Shown here: piece after piece, positions 31,646 through 39,339 of the stretch
Layout of the letters: each line of letters begins with the position of its first letter
How positions within the stretch are numbered: the stretch's first letter is position 1
Source of the DNA: Longimicrobiales bacterium
Lineage (GTDB): Bacteria > Gemmatimonadota > Gemmatimonadetes > Longimicrobiales > Gaopeijiaceae
Reading direction: 5' to 3'
Assembly: GCA_965198065.1 (NCBI GenBank)
Contig: CBDAON010000004.1
Span: forward strand, 1,888,001 to 1,952,000
Length of the DNA stretch: 64,000 bases
Translations under genes and position numbers: made by a program
The notes under the pieces: generated by a model
The model's input: only the letters and a program-made list of their open reading frames with translations
Database searches by the model: none
What the model was told of the DNA's origin: nothing

Positions 31646-32187
31646 TCCACGTCCGCGGTGCCGGTCTCGAGGCTCTCCACCCTGGCCAGGACGAAGAGGA
31701 GGTCAGACAGGCGATTCAGGTAGCGGGCCGCGAACGCGGCACCGGGGTCGCCCTCCGCCCCAAGAGAGACGATCGCCCTCTCGGCCCGCCGGCAGACGGT
31801 GCGGCAGACGTGCAGCTCGGCCGCGCCACGCCTACCGCAGGGAAGGATGAAGGATCGCAGCGGCATGAGGCGTGCTTCCGCCTCGTCCATCCAGCTCTCC
31901 ATTTCGCCGATTCGCGCTTCTGGAAGGGGCGGGAGTTCCGGAGCCCTTCGTCCCTCCAGTGCTGGCGGAGTCGCGAGATGTGCGCCGATGGAGAACAGGT
32001 CGTGCTGGACGGCGGAAAGCCTCTCCGTGGAGACCGCCACGGCAAGAGCGCCGACCACCCGTCCGAGGCACGCGTTCAACTCGTCCACGGTGCCGTACGC
32101 TTCCACCCTCGGATGATCCTTGGGCACGCGCTGCCCTCCGAATAGGGTAGTCTCGCCGCCGTCTCCCTTGCGCGTGTAGATCTTCAT
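31621..32187 (-). CDS. PduO-type cob(I)alamin adenosyltransferase
   Basis: MKIYTRKGDGGET, YGTVDELN, RTVCRRAER, YLNRLSDLLF. Confidence 0.93.
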   Translation of the reverse strand: MKIYTRKGDGGETTLFGGQRVPKDHPRVEAYGTVDELNACLGRVVGALAVAVSTERLSAVQHDLFSIGAHLATPPALEGRRAPELPPLPEARIGEMESWMDEAEARLMPLRSFILPCGRRGAAELHVCRTVCRRAERAIVSLGAEGDPGAAFAARYLNRLSDLLFVLARVESLETGTADVEWRKDGPS

Positions 32188-32233
32188 GGGCTGGGGCTCC
32201 GCTGCGTGCTCATGGTGGCCGCCGTCCGACGCG

Positions 32234-32518
32234 TCAGCGGAGCTTGGTGATCCTCCTCAAGGCCTGTGCCTTTTGAATGAGAGACGATCCTTCTTCCAGG
32301 AGGGAGGTCGGCTCGCCGGGGTCCTGGGCGGTGGCCGGGGGGGACCGCTTCTCGAGGAGGTCCCGCATGTCCAGCAGGACCTCCAGGCCGATCTGGTCGC
32401 GCTGAAACTGGAAGTCGAGGCGTGCCATCTCCTCCCGATCGTCGCTCTTCTTCGCTCCCTCGAAGGCCTCATGATAGGCGGATTCGAGGCTCGACAGGAT
32501 GCGGTCTCGGGTGCGCAT
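32234..32518 (-). CDS. Hypothetical protein
   Basis: 94-aa helical ORF with coding-like composition in an operon context. Confidence 0.65.
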   Translation of the reverse strand: MRTRDRILSSLESAYHEAFEGAKKSDDREEMARLDFQFQRDQIGLEVLLDMRDLLEKRSPPATAQDPGEPTSLLEEGSSLIQKAQALRRITKLR

Positions 32519-32557
32519 GGGAGGCCTGTTCCGTCTGTGGGTCGATGCTTCCGGACG

Positions 32558-33192
32558 TCAACGGGCCGGGAACGCAGACGATCCCGGGCCGTGGCGGAAA
32601 TACTCCCTGACCGCCGCCTGGAGTTCCTCGAATGGCCGTGGAAGTAGTGATCGGAATCGGCGATCCGAACCAGCGTGACGGAGCCCGGGATTCCATCGAC
32701 GAGCTGCTGGACGTCGTCCCCGGACCCGTACTCGTCCTGCTCCCCCTGCACGACGAGGGTAGGCTTTGTGGTCCCGGACAGGAAAGAGAAGTCGTCCAGG
32801 GACACTGGTATGCCGAGTCCCACGAGCCCCGCGACCCGCGGGTCGCGAAGGCCCACCCTGAGCCCGACTCGCGACCCGAAGGAGAACCCCCCCACCAGCG
32901 CCGGAAGGCTGGGGTGCGCCTCCTGGATCCAGTCGAGCCCGACCCAGGCGTCCTCCTCCTCTCCCGTTCCACCCCCGTAGGTGCCGGTGCTTGCGCCCAC
33001 GCCCCGGAAGTTGAAGCGAAGCACGTGAAAGCCGACGTCCGTGAGCGCCTGCGCGGCCCGGTATACGGCCTTCGTGTGCATCGTGCCGCCATGCTGAGGG
33101 TGAGCATGGCAGAGCACTGCGGCACCACGCACCGGGGGATCGGCGGGCCTCAGGTTCGCCTCCAGGTGACCGTGGCTCACTGGAATCAGCAC
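32558..33192 (-). CDS. Alpha/beta hydrolase (frameshift near 32630)
   Basis: HPQHGGTM, LRFNFRGVG, GFSFG, QGEQDE, DHYF; continues FEELQAAVREYF in another frame. Confidence 0.8.
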
Positions 33193-33251
33193 GACCCTAG
33201 CGTCCCGAGTCAGAGTCAGAGGGTCCGCTGGCAGTGATGCGCTTCGGGAGA

Positions 33252-34931
33252 CTAGCGTGTCAGCGGTTTGTACGGGATCCGGCGCGGCTGCGCCGCCCCC
33301 GCCCCAAGGCGTCGGACGCGGTCCTCCTCGTAGGCCTGATAGTTCCCCTCGAACCAACAAACGGTGCAGTCTCCCTCGAATGCCAGGATGTGGGTCGCGA
33401 TCCGATCCAGGAACCAGCGGTCGTGGGAGATCACCGCGGCGCATCCGGGGAAGGAGAGCAGGGCATCCTCGAGGGCTCGAAGCGTGTCCACGTCCAGATC
33501 GTTCGTGGGCTCGTCCAGGAGGAGCACGTTACCTCCGGACTTGAGGAGCTTGGCCAGGTGCAGGCGGTTCCTCTCTCCACCCGACAGCACGCCCATCTTC
33601 TTCTGCTGTTCCGCCCCGCGGAAGTTGAACCACGAGAGGTAGGCGCGCGAGTTCACCTCGGCCCACCCGAAGTCCACGACCTCGTGCCCGCCCGAGACCT
33701 CCTCCCAGACTGTATGGTCTGGGTGGAGGTCGGCGCGGGACTGATCCACGTGGGCGAGCTTCACGGTGGAGCCCACGGTCATCGTCCCCTCGTCCGGTGA
33801 TTCGGTTCCGACGATCATGCGGAAGGTTGTGGTTTTCCCGGCCCCGTTCGGCCCGATGATCCCCACGATCCCCCCCCGTGGCAGACGGAAGCTCACGTTC
33901 TCCATCAGCACGTTGTCGCCGAACGCCTTCGTCACGCCCTCGAAGATCACTACATCGTTTCCGAGACGCGGTGGGCGCGGGATCAGGATCTCGGCGCCCG
34001 CCACCTTTTCCTCCTCGCCCTGCGCCAGCATTTCCTCGTAGGCAGTGATCCGGGCCTTTCCTTTCGCCTGCCGAGCCCGAGGGCTCATGCGGATCCACTC
34101 GAGTTCCCGCTCGAGCGTCTTCCGGCGGGCGCTCGCCTGCTTCTCCTCCTGCGCTAGCCGAGCGCTCTTCTGCTCGAGCCAGGAAGAGTAGTTTCCGTGA
34201 TACGGGTGGCCCTCCCCGCGGTCCAGCTCCAGGATCCATTCGGCCACGTTGTCCAGGAAGTAGCGGTCGTGGGTGACGGCCACGATCGTTCCCTTGAAGT
34301 CCGCGAGATGACGCTCGAGCCAGGCGACTGACTCTGCGTCCAGGTGGTTCGTCGGCTCGTCGAGGAGGAGCAGGTCCGGCTCCTCGAGCAGGACCTTGCA
34401 GAGCGCGACTCGCCTTCGCTCTCCACCCGAAAGGGTCTCGATCTCGACGTCGGACGGGGGGAGGCGAAGCACGTCCATTGCGATCTCGATCTTCCGGTCC
34501 AGATCCCACGCGCCCGTGGCGTCGATTCGATCCTGGAGCCGGGCCTGCTCCTCGAGGAGGGCCTGCATCTCCTCGTCCGACGTGACCTCGCCGAACGCGA
34601 GGTTTACCTCATCGAATCGTGCGAGTAGCGCGCGGGTCTCCTTCACACCCTCTTCCACATTGCCGCGAACGTTCATGGAGGTGTCCAGCCGGGGCTCCTG
34701 CGGGAGGTAGCTCACGCGGGTGCCGCGAGCCGGCCAGGCCTCACCTTGGAAGTCCTGATCGACGCCGGCCATGATGCGGAGGAGGGTGCTCTTTCCGGCG
34801 CCGTTCGGTCCGACGACCCCGATCTTCGCGCCGGGAAAGAATGACAGCCAGATCCCCTTGAGGATCTCGCGCTTGGGCGGAACGACCTTCCGAAGATCTT
34901 TCATCACGTAGATGAACTGGGGCCCGCTCAT
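33252..34931 (-). CDS. ettA: Energy-dependent translational throttle ABC-F ATPase
   Basis: LSFFPGAKIGVVGPNGAGKST, two ABC cassettes, RQAKGKARI, DRIATHILAFEG. Confidence 0.95.
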   Translation of the reverse strand: MSGPQFIYVMKDLRKVVPPKREILKGIWLSFFPGAKIGVVGPNGAGKSTLLRIMAGVDQDFQGEAWPARGTRVSYLPQEPRLDTSMNVRGNVEEGVKETRALLARFDEVNLAFGEVTSDEEMQALLEEQARLQDRIDATGAWDLDRKIEIAMDVLRLPPSDVEIETLSGGERRRVALCKVLLEEPDLLLLDEPTNHLDAESVAWLERHLADFKGTIVAVTHDRYFLDNVAEWILELDRGEGHPYHGNYSSWLEQKSARLAQEEKQASARRKTLERELEWIRMSPRARQAKGKARITAYEEMLAQGEEEKVAGAEILIPRPPRLGNDVVIFEGVTKAFGDNVLMENVSFRLPRGGIVGIIGPNGAGKTTTFRMIVGTESPDEGTMTVGSTVKLAHVDQSRADLHPDHTVWEEVSGGHEVVDFGWAEVNSRAYLSWFNFRGAEQQKKMGVLSGGERNRLHLAKLLKSGGNVLLLDEPTNDLDVDTLRALEDALLSFPGCAAVISHDRWFLDRIATHILAFEGDCTVCWFEGNYQAYEEDRVRRLGAGAAQPRRIPYKPLTR

Positions 34932-35746
34932 GCAGCGGCGCTCCTCCGGTCGGCGGACGAGCGGACGAGCATGACGACCAGCATCGTGGTGCCCAGGATG
35001 CCCATGAGCCCGGAAAAGATCTGCGAGAGGGTGAGCCCCCCCCAGACGATGTCTTCCTCCCGGAGGTACATGAGGCCGAAGCGGATCCAGCCGTAGAGGC
35101 CGATGAAGCTCCAGCTGATGACTCCGCGCGGCGGGCGGAGTCTTTCACGCACGAGGAGCAGGAAGCCGGCGAGCGCGAAGTTCTTCGCCGACTCGTACAG
35201 CTGCGTGGGGTGTCGGCAGCCTTCGGGCGGGCGAGCCATGAACTCGCTCTGGGAGTAGTCCACGCAGACGAGCCCCTCGTAAGGAGTGCCGTACATCTCC
35301 GCGTTCACGAAATTCGCGATCCGCCCGAGCGCCAGCGCGACGGCGACCGGAATCGCGATCCGGTCCAAGAGGTGGAAGAGCCGAATGCCGTAGCGGTGAG
35401 TGAACCATGCCGCGGTGATCAGCACGCCGGTCAGCCCTCCGTGAAACGCGAGGCCGCCCCGCCACACGGAGATCCAGGCCAGGGGATCGATGCCGTATCG
35501 ATCGAACTCGAACACGAAGACGTGGAAGAACCGCGCTCCGACGAGCGCGGCCAGGATCGCCGCCAGAACGAAGTTCTCGGCGGTCTCCTCGGAGAGGTTC
35601 GGGATGCGCTCCTGCCGAGCCGCCTTCCTCAGCGACAGGTACACGAAGAGCATGCCGAGCATGTAGGGAAGGGAATACCATCGCACCCCGAAATCCCCGC
35701 CAAACCGGATGATGAACGGATCGATGTTGTGGAGGATTCGAAGCAA
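34928..35746 (-). CDS. lgt: Prolipoprotein diacylglyceryl transferase
   Basis: VRWY, GGLAFHGG, GRIANFVNAE, RHPTQLYE. Confidence 0.93.
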   Translation of the reverse strand: MLRILHNIDPFIIRFGGDFGVRWYSLPYMLGMLFVYLSLRKAARQERIPNLSEETAENFVLAAILAALVGARFFHVFVFEFDRYGIDPLAWISVWRGGLAFHGGLTGVLITAAWFTHRYGIRLFHLLDRIAIPVAVALALGRIANFVNAEMYGTPYEGLVCVDYSQSEFMARPPEGCRHPTQLYESAKNFALAGFLLLVRERLRPPRGVISWSFIGLYGWIRFGLMYLREEDIVWGGLTLSQIFSGLMGILGTTMLVVMLVRSSADRRSAAA

Positions 35747-35838
35747 CGAAGCGGCTCTCGAGTGAGGTCGGCGTCGCGCGGGAGTGACCCGCTAATCCTC
35801 CACGGGGACCCGCAGATGTCAACCGAACGTGCGGATCA

Positions 35839-36993
35839 TCAGCCCTCCGGCCGAACCGCCTGGAGAACGCACAGGATGAAATCGTCCCACGCCAGCATCT
35901 TGCTGACGACCGGGCGATCGACCCCCTGCTGTGGCACGGCACCCCCGGTGAAGAAAACGACCCGGTCGGCCAGCTCCGGAGCCTCCGCCCTCAAACCTCG
36001 GTAGATGTCGTTGGCCGAGAGATCCCTCAGGTTCAGGTCGAGGAGCACGACGTCCGGTGTTTCGGTCCGTATGCTGCCGACCGCTTGAGCGACGGACGAC
36101 CACCCGACCGGGTCCATCTCCAATGCCTCGGCACCGGAACGGCGAAGCAACCGGCCGAAGGTTCGCCGGACGGCGCTGTCATCGTCCACGATCGTCACGC
36201 AGAGGCCGGCCAGGGGGGAGCGGTCCCGGATCGGGGCCAGGTTCCCGGGCCCGCCTGGCGAGAGCCGTACCTGCCAACCATTGTGGAAAGCGGGAGGACG
36301 ACGCGGAACGTGGCTCCGCAGAGGATCGAGGGGTCCGGCTCGAACGTGAGCCCCCCCCAGCCGTTCGATGCCCCAGCGGGCGAACGAGAGGCCCAGACCG
36401 ACACCCAGGCCCGTTCCCGACACGAACGGGTCGAACAGGTGATCGGCGAGCTCGCGCGACATCCCATCGCCATCGTCTTCCACGCGAATCTCCACCTGCC
36501 CCCCGTCCGCAGTGAGCCTCACGGAGAGGCGGATCTCGGAGCGGGCGTGGCGGGCCGCGTTTCGGAGGAGGTTCCCGATCGCGCGGGAGAAGAAGCTCCG
36601 CGGCCCAGAGACCTGAACGTCCTTGCGGAGCGACGAATTCAGGGTGGTGGTCACGGCGGGGGCTCCCATGAGCCACCGATTCACCACCTCCTCGAGGGTC
36701 CCCTAGACGGGAAAGGTTAGCTCCATCGGTGTCCGGAAGCCCCGCAGCTCATCGAGGACCTCGACGACCATCCGCCGAATCTCCTCCGTGTCCGACTGGA
36801 TGCGGCTGAGCTCTTCCGACGGTGTGCGCCCGAGCGCGGCCTCTTCACGGGCAAGCGAGACGCGGCCCGCGAGAATCGAAAGGAGGCCCCCCAGGTCGTG
36901 GAGGAGCTCGCCCGTGACCCTTCCGAGCTGCCGGAGTCGCTCCTCGCGGTCCAGGGTACCATCCTCGCGCGAGCGCGTACGAGCCTCGGCCAT
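35839..36993 (-). pseudogene. Sensor-less hybrid histidine kinase (HisKA-HATPase-REC) with in-frame TAG at 36703-36705 and an apparent local frameshift pair
   Basis: ELLHDL H-box, NLLRNAARH, VEDDGDG, GVGLGL, REC VTIVDDD/LLDLNL; ORFs 36703-36993 and 35839-36687 share a frame. Confidence 0.75.
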
Positions 36994-36998
36994 CGGTC

Positions 36999-37817
36999 CT
37001 ACCTCTTGTCCGCCGCGTCGTCGCGGAACTCTTCGAGCTGACGCAGGAACGCGCTAGACACCGTGTCGAAGGCCCCCCTCTCTCTGAGACCCCGGGGAGT
37101 CTCGGGGATCACCGAGCGGATCGCGCGCCGAAGGGCCTGGTCTCCGGAGTAGCCGCACGCCAGGCCGACGCTGAACACGGTGTGCCCCGGGTCGTCGAGC
37201 AGGGCGGACGCGAACAACACGCGCAGCCAGAGGAGGAGCCGGCGGGGGTTCGGCAGTTGCGATCGGTGGCACCACCTAAGGAGAGTGGAAGGGGAGAACC
37301 CCAGCGATCGGGCCAGGTCCTTCGGATGGCCCCCGATCATGACGGTTTCGACGGCGGCATCCAAGAGCGTTCGTGCCCGGCCGGTCAGGGGAACGCCCGA
37401 ATCGTGCGAAAGGAGGCGTCTGAGCGGCTGCGCCCGAGCGCGGACCAGCCTTCGCGTGAGCGCCACCTGGCTGGAATCCTCGTCGTTCTGGAGGATCTCG
37501 GCTATACCCCACTCTCCGAGAGTCCAGATGTCTCGGTAGCGGGCCGGGGCCGTATCCAGAGCCACGATGACCGTAGACGAGGGAAAGGCGGTGAGGATCT
37601 CGTACAGTGCTGGAGAGGGACCCCCGCCGTTCGTCTGGCCGAGAAACGGATCCACGAGGACGACGGCGGCCGGCGGCGCCTCGCTCACGGCGACCCGCAG
37701 ATCCTCCCAACTGTCCACCATGGAGACTCGGAAGCGGGCGTGCGCAGCGCGCGACACCCTTTCACGGAGGCCCCCGTCCTGATGGAGGAGAAGGAGGGGG
37801 CGGGGGACGAACTTCAT
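36999..37817 (-). CDS. AraC-family HTH regulator with N-terminal receiver-like domain
   Basis: DLARSLGFSPSTLLRW...LLDDPGHTVFSVGLACGYS...LRRA; N-terminal VVLVDP. Confidence 0.8.
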   Translation of the reverse strand: MKFVPRPLLLLHQDGGLRERVSRAAHARFRVSMVDSWEDLRVAVSEAPPAAVVLVDPFLGQTNGGGPSPALYEILTAFPSSTVIVALDTAPARYRDIWTLGEWGIAEILQNDEDSSQVALTRRLVRARAQPLRRLLSHDSGVPLTGRARTLLDAAVETVMIGGHPKDLARSLGFSPSTLLRWCHRSQLPNPRRLLLWLRVLFASALLDDPGHTVFSVGLACGYSGDQALRRAIRSVIPETPRGLRERGAFDTVSSAFLRQLEEFRDDAADKR

Positions 37818-37819
37818 AT

Positions 37820-37854
37820 ACTGACGTAATCCGTTATGGAACTGACGGGATCGG
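37820..37854. promoter_or_regulatory. Direct repeat with 21-bp period, candidate operator
   Basis: ACTGACGTAATCCG (37820) and ACTGACGGGATCGG (37841), 11/14 identical. Confidence 0.45.
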
Positions 37855-37975
37855 AGTGTGCTGCCCGGCACCGACCAACCCAAATTCGATCCCGTGTGTT
37901 CCCTCGTCGAACATGAACGACACCCTCAGGAAAAGGGGATTATATATCGGGGTTGACGGGCGGGGCTGCGCGCCG

Positions 37976-38116
37976 CTAAGCCTTGCTGCCCGTGTGACGG
38001 GCTGGCTTCTCGGGGCGGTATCTTAAGACCGCCTCAGCCACCTGCTTCGGTGTGGCGCCACCGTACGCGGCTTTCAACGGCTTCTTCTTCTTCTTCTCGG
38101 GTTTCCTCATGGTCAT
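37976..38116 (-). CDS. Small basic passenger protein inside the IS
   Basis: RBS GAGGTG; MTMRKPEKKKKKPLKAAYGGATPKQVAEAVLRYRP. Confidence 0.5.
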   Translation of the reverse strand: MTMRKPEKKKKKPLKAAYGGATPKQVAEAVLRYRPEKPARHTGSKA

Positions 38117-38241
38117 GGCTTCTTCACCTCGGTGGTGACAGATTCGGTTGATGCCTGGGAACAAGACAGCCTACTACGGATTTACCGGCATCATCGAGCC
38201 CAGATCCGCGACAAGAATAGCTAGTGCCTTCAATCGGGCCG

Positions 38242-38925
38242 TCAGTTCTCGGGGAACGGCTGGTAGGTCGCGTGCGGGTAGGTGCGCCTGCGGTAGGTAT
38301 CATTCATGGCAGGTGCCTGGGCTCGGCCGGACTCCAGGTAATCGATCAAGTCCCACGCCTCGTCAACTTGCTTGGTAGAGCGGTCCTTCATGCCCACGAC
38401 CGCCGTCTTGCCCACCGAGCCGCGGCCAGCACGGAGCCGCTTCGACGAGTGCTTGTTCTTCTCCCGGCCGCCGACGTAGGTTTCGTCCACTTCGACCGGT
38501 CCTTGGAAGACCATCGGCCCGATGTCGGCGAAGGCTTCCCGGATCCGCTGCTGCATGAACCACGCGGTTTTCTGCGTCACTGAGATGTCGCGGTGCAGCT
38601 TCATCGAGGACACGCCCTTGAGACTCGTGCAGTCCAGGTAGATCGCATAGGCCCACTTGCGAAGCGGAAGGGGCGAGCCCTCCATGACCGTGCCGGTCTT
38701 TGGGGAGAAGTACTTCCGGCAGTCGCGGCACCGATAGGGCATCGTCCGATGGGAGCACTCGTGCGTGTTCAGGCTTCCGCAACGCAGACAGGCCCGCTCC
38801 CCGTCCGGCCAAAGAATCGACTCGAACCACCGGCGGGCCTCGCCTTCGTCCGCGAAGCGGTCCGACAACTCCAACATCGAGATCCCCTTCCGATGAGACT
38901 TGCCGGGCGCCTTGGTGATAGCCAT
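38242..38925 (-). pseudogene. Truncated IS1595 (ISXO2-like) transposase
   Basis: Zn ribbon CLRC/CRDC, KGVSSMKLHRD, VEVDETYVGG; similarity ends at DRSTKQV, so the rest of the DDE domain is missing. Confidence 0.9.
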
Positions 38926-38962
38926 GTAACCTCCTGTCAGTACGCGTCTTACCGTACACTTG

Positions 38963-38991
38963 AAGGTAACAGTCTACGGCCCGTCTGTCAA
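38963..38991 (-). promoter_or_regulatory. Inward-facing sigma70 promoter of the transposase
   Basis: TTGACA - 17 bp - TACCTT on the minus strand, with the -35 inside the right inverted repeat. Confidence 0.65.
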
Positions 38992-39027
38992 CCCTGAGAT
39001 ATAAGCCCCCAGGAAAAGGATTGGGTC

Positions 39028-39249
39028 ATACGCAAGCTCCGGCTCCTCGCGGCGGCTATCGCCCTCACCATGACGGCCGCCTGCGGTGACTTCGGCCCTA
39101 CGGCCCCCGAACCTAACGACGCCGAGAACGGGTTCCTCGGGTCGGGCGGTGGCGGCAACGGCTTCCTCGGCTCCGGTGGTGGTGGCAATGGCTTCCTCGG
39201 CTCCGGCGGCGGCGGCAACGGCTTCCTCGGCTCCGGCGGTGGAGGCTGA
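39028..39249 (+). CDS. Unannotated 73-aa lipoprotein-type prepropeptide with four NGFLGSGGGG repeats (start codon reads ATA)
   Basis: RBS AGGAAAAGGA; (M)RKLRLLAAAIALTMTAA|CGDFGPTAPEPNDAE(NGFLGSGGGG)x4 then stop; repeat differences are all synonymous. Confidence 0.8.
   Translation: MRKLRLLAAAIALTMTAACGDFGPTAPEPNDAENGFLGSGGGGNGFLGSGGGGNGFLGSGGGGNGFLGSGGGG
39127..39246 (+). repeat. Four tandem 30-bp coding repeats
   Basis: Units start at 39127, 39157, 39187 and 39217; each translates to NGFLGSGGGG. Confidence 0.95.
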
Positions 39250-39272
39250 CGCAATCACCGCGCAGGGGTCGA

Positions 39273-39323
39273 AAGGGGGGAGGCAACGGTGGACTCGGAG
39301 CCTCCCCCCTTCCCTTCTTTGTT
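39273..39323. terminator. Hairpin between the convergent peptide and TPR genes
   Basis: AAGGGGGGAGGC...GCCTCCCCCCTT followed by CCCTTCTTTGTT. Confidence 0.6.
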
Positions 39324-39339
39324 GCGATCTGCGCGGCAC

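Larger units (their letters stand above)
37935..39009. mobile_element. Internally deleted IS1595-family element with terminal inverted repeats and 8-bp target-site duplication
   Basis: Left GGGGATTATATATCGGGGTTGACGGGCGGG versus reverse complement of right GGGGCTTATATCTCAGGGTTGACAGACGGG; CAGGAAAA at 37927-37934 and 39010-39017. Confidence 0.92.

Noticed and set aside
36703..36705. Programmed amber readthrough (pyrrolysine or recoding)
   Set aside because: TAG serves as a normal stop elsewhere in the window and there are no pyl genes; mutation or miscall is simpler.
37913..37934. ATG (MNDTLRK) left of the IS as the original peptide start
   Set aside because: After removing the IS it is out of frame with the signal peptide and repeats.
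39127..39246. Possible CRISPR array
   Set aside because: The units are contiguous with no spacers, and there are no cas genes in the window.
39028..39249. RiPP biosynthetic cluster
   Set aside because: No recognisable modifying enzyme (YcaO, radical SAM, lanthionine synthetase, ATP-grasp) nearby. Not fully excluded, but signalling fits the neighbours better.
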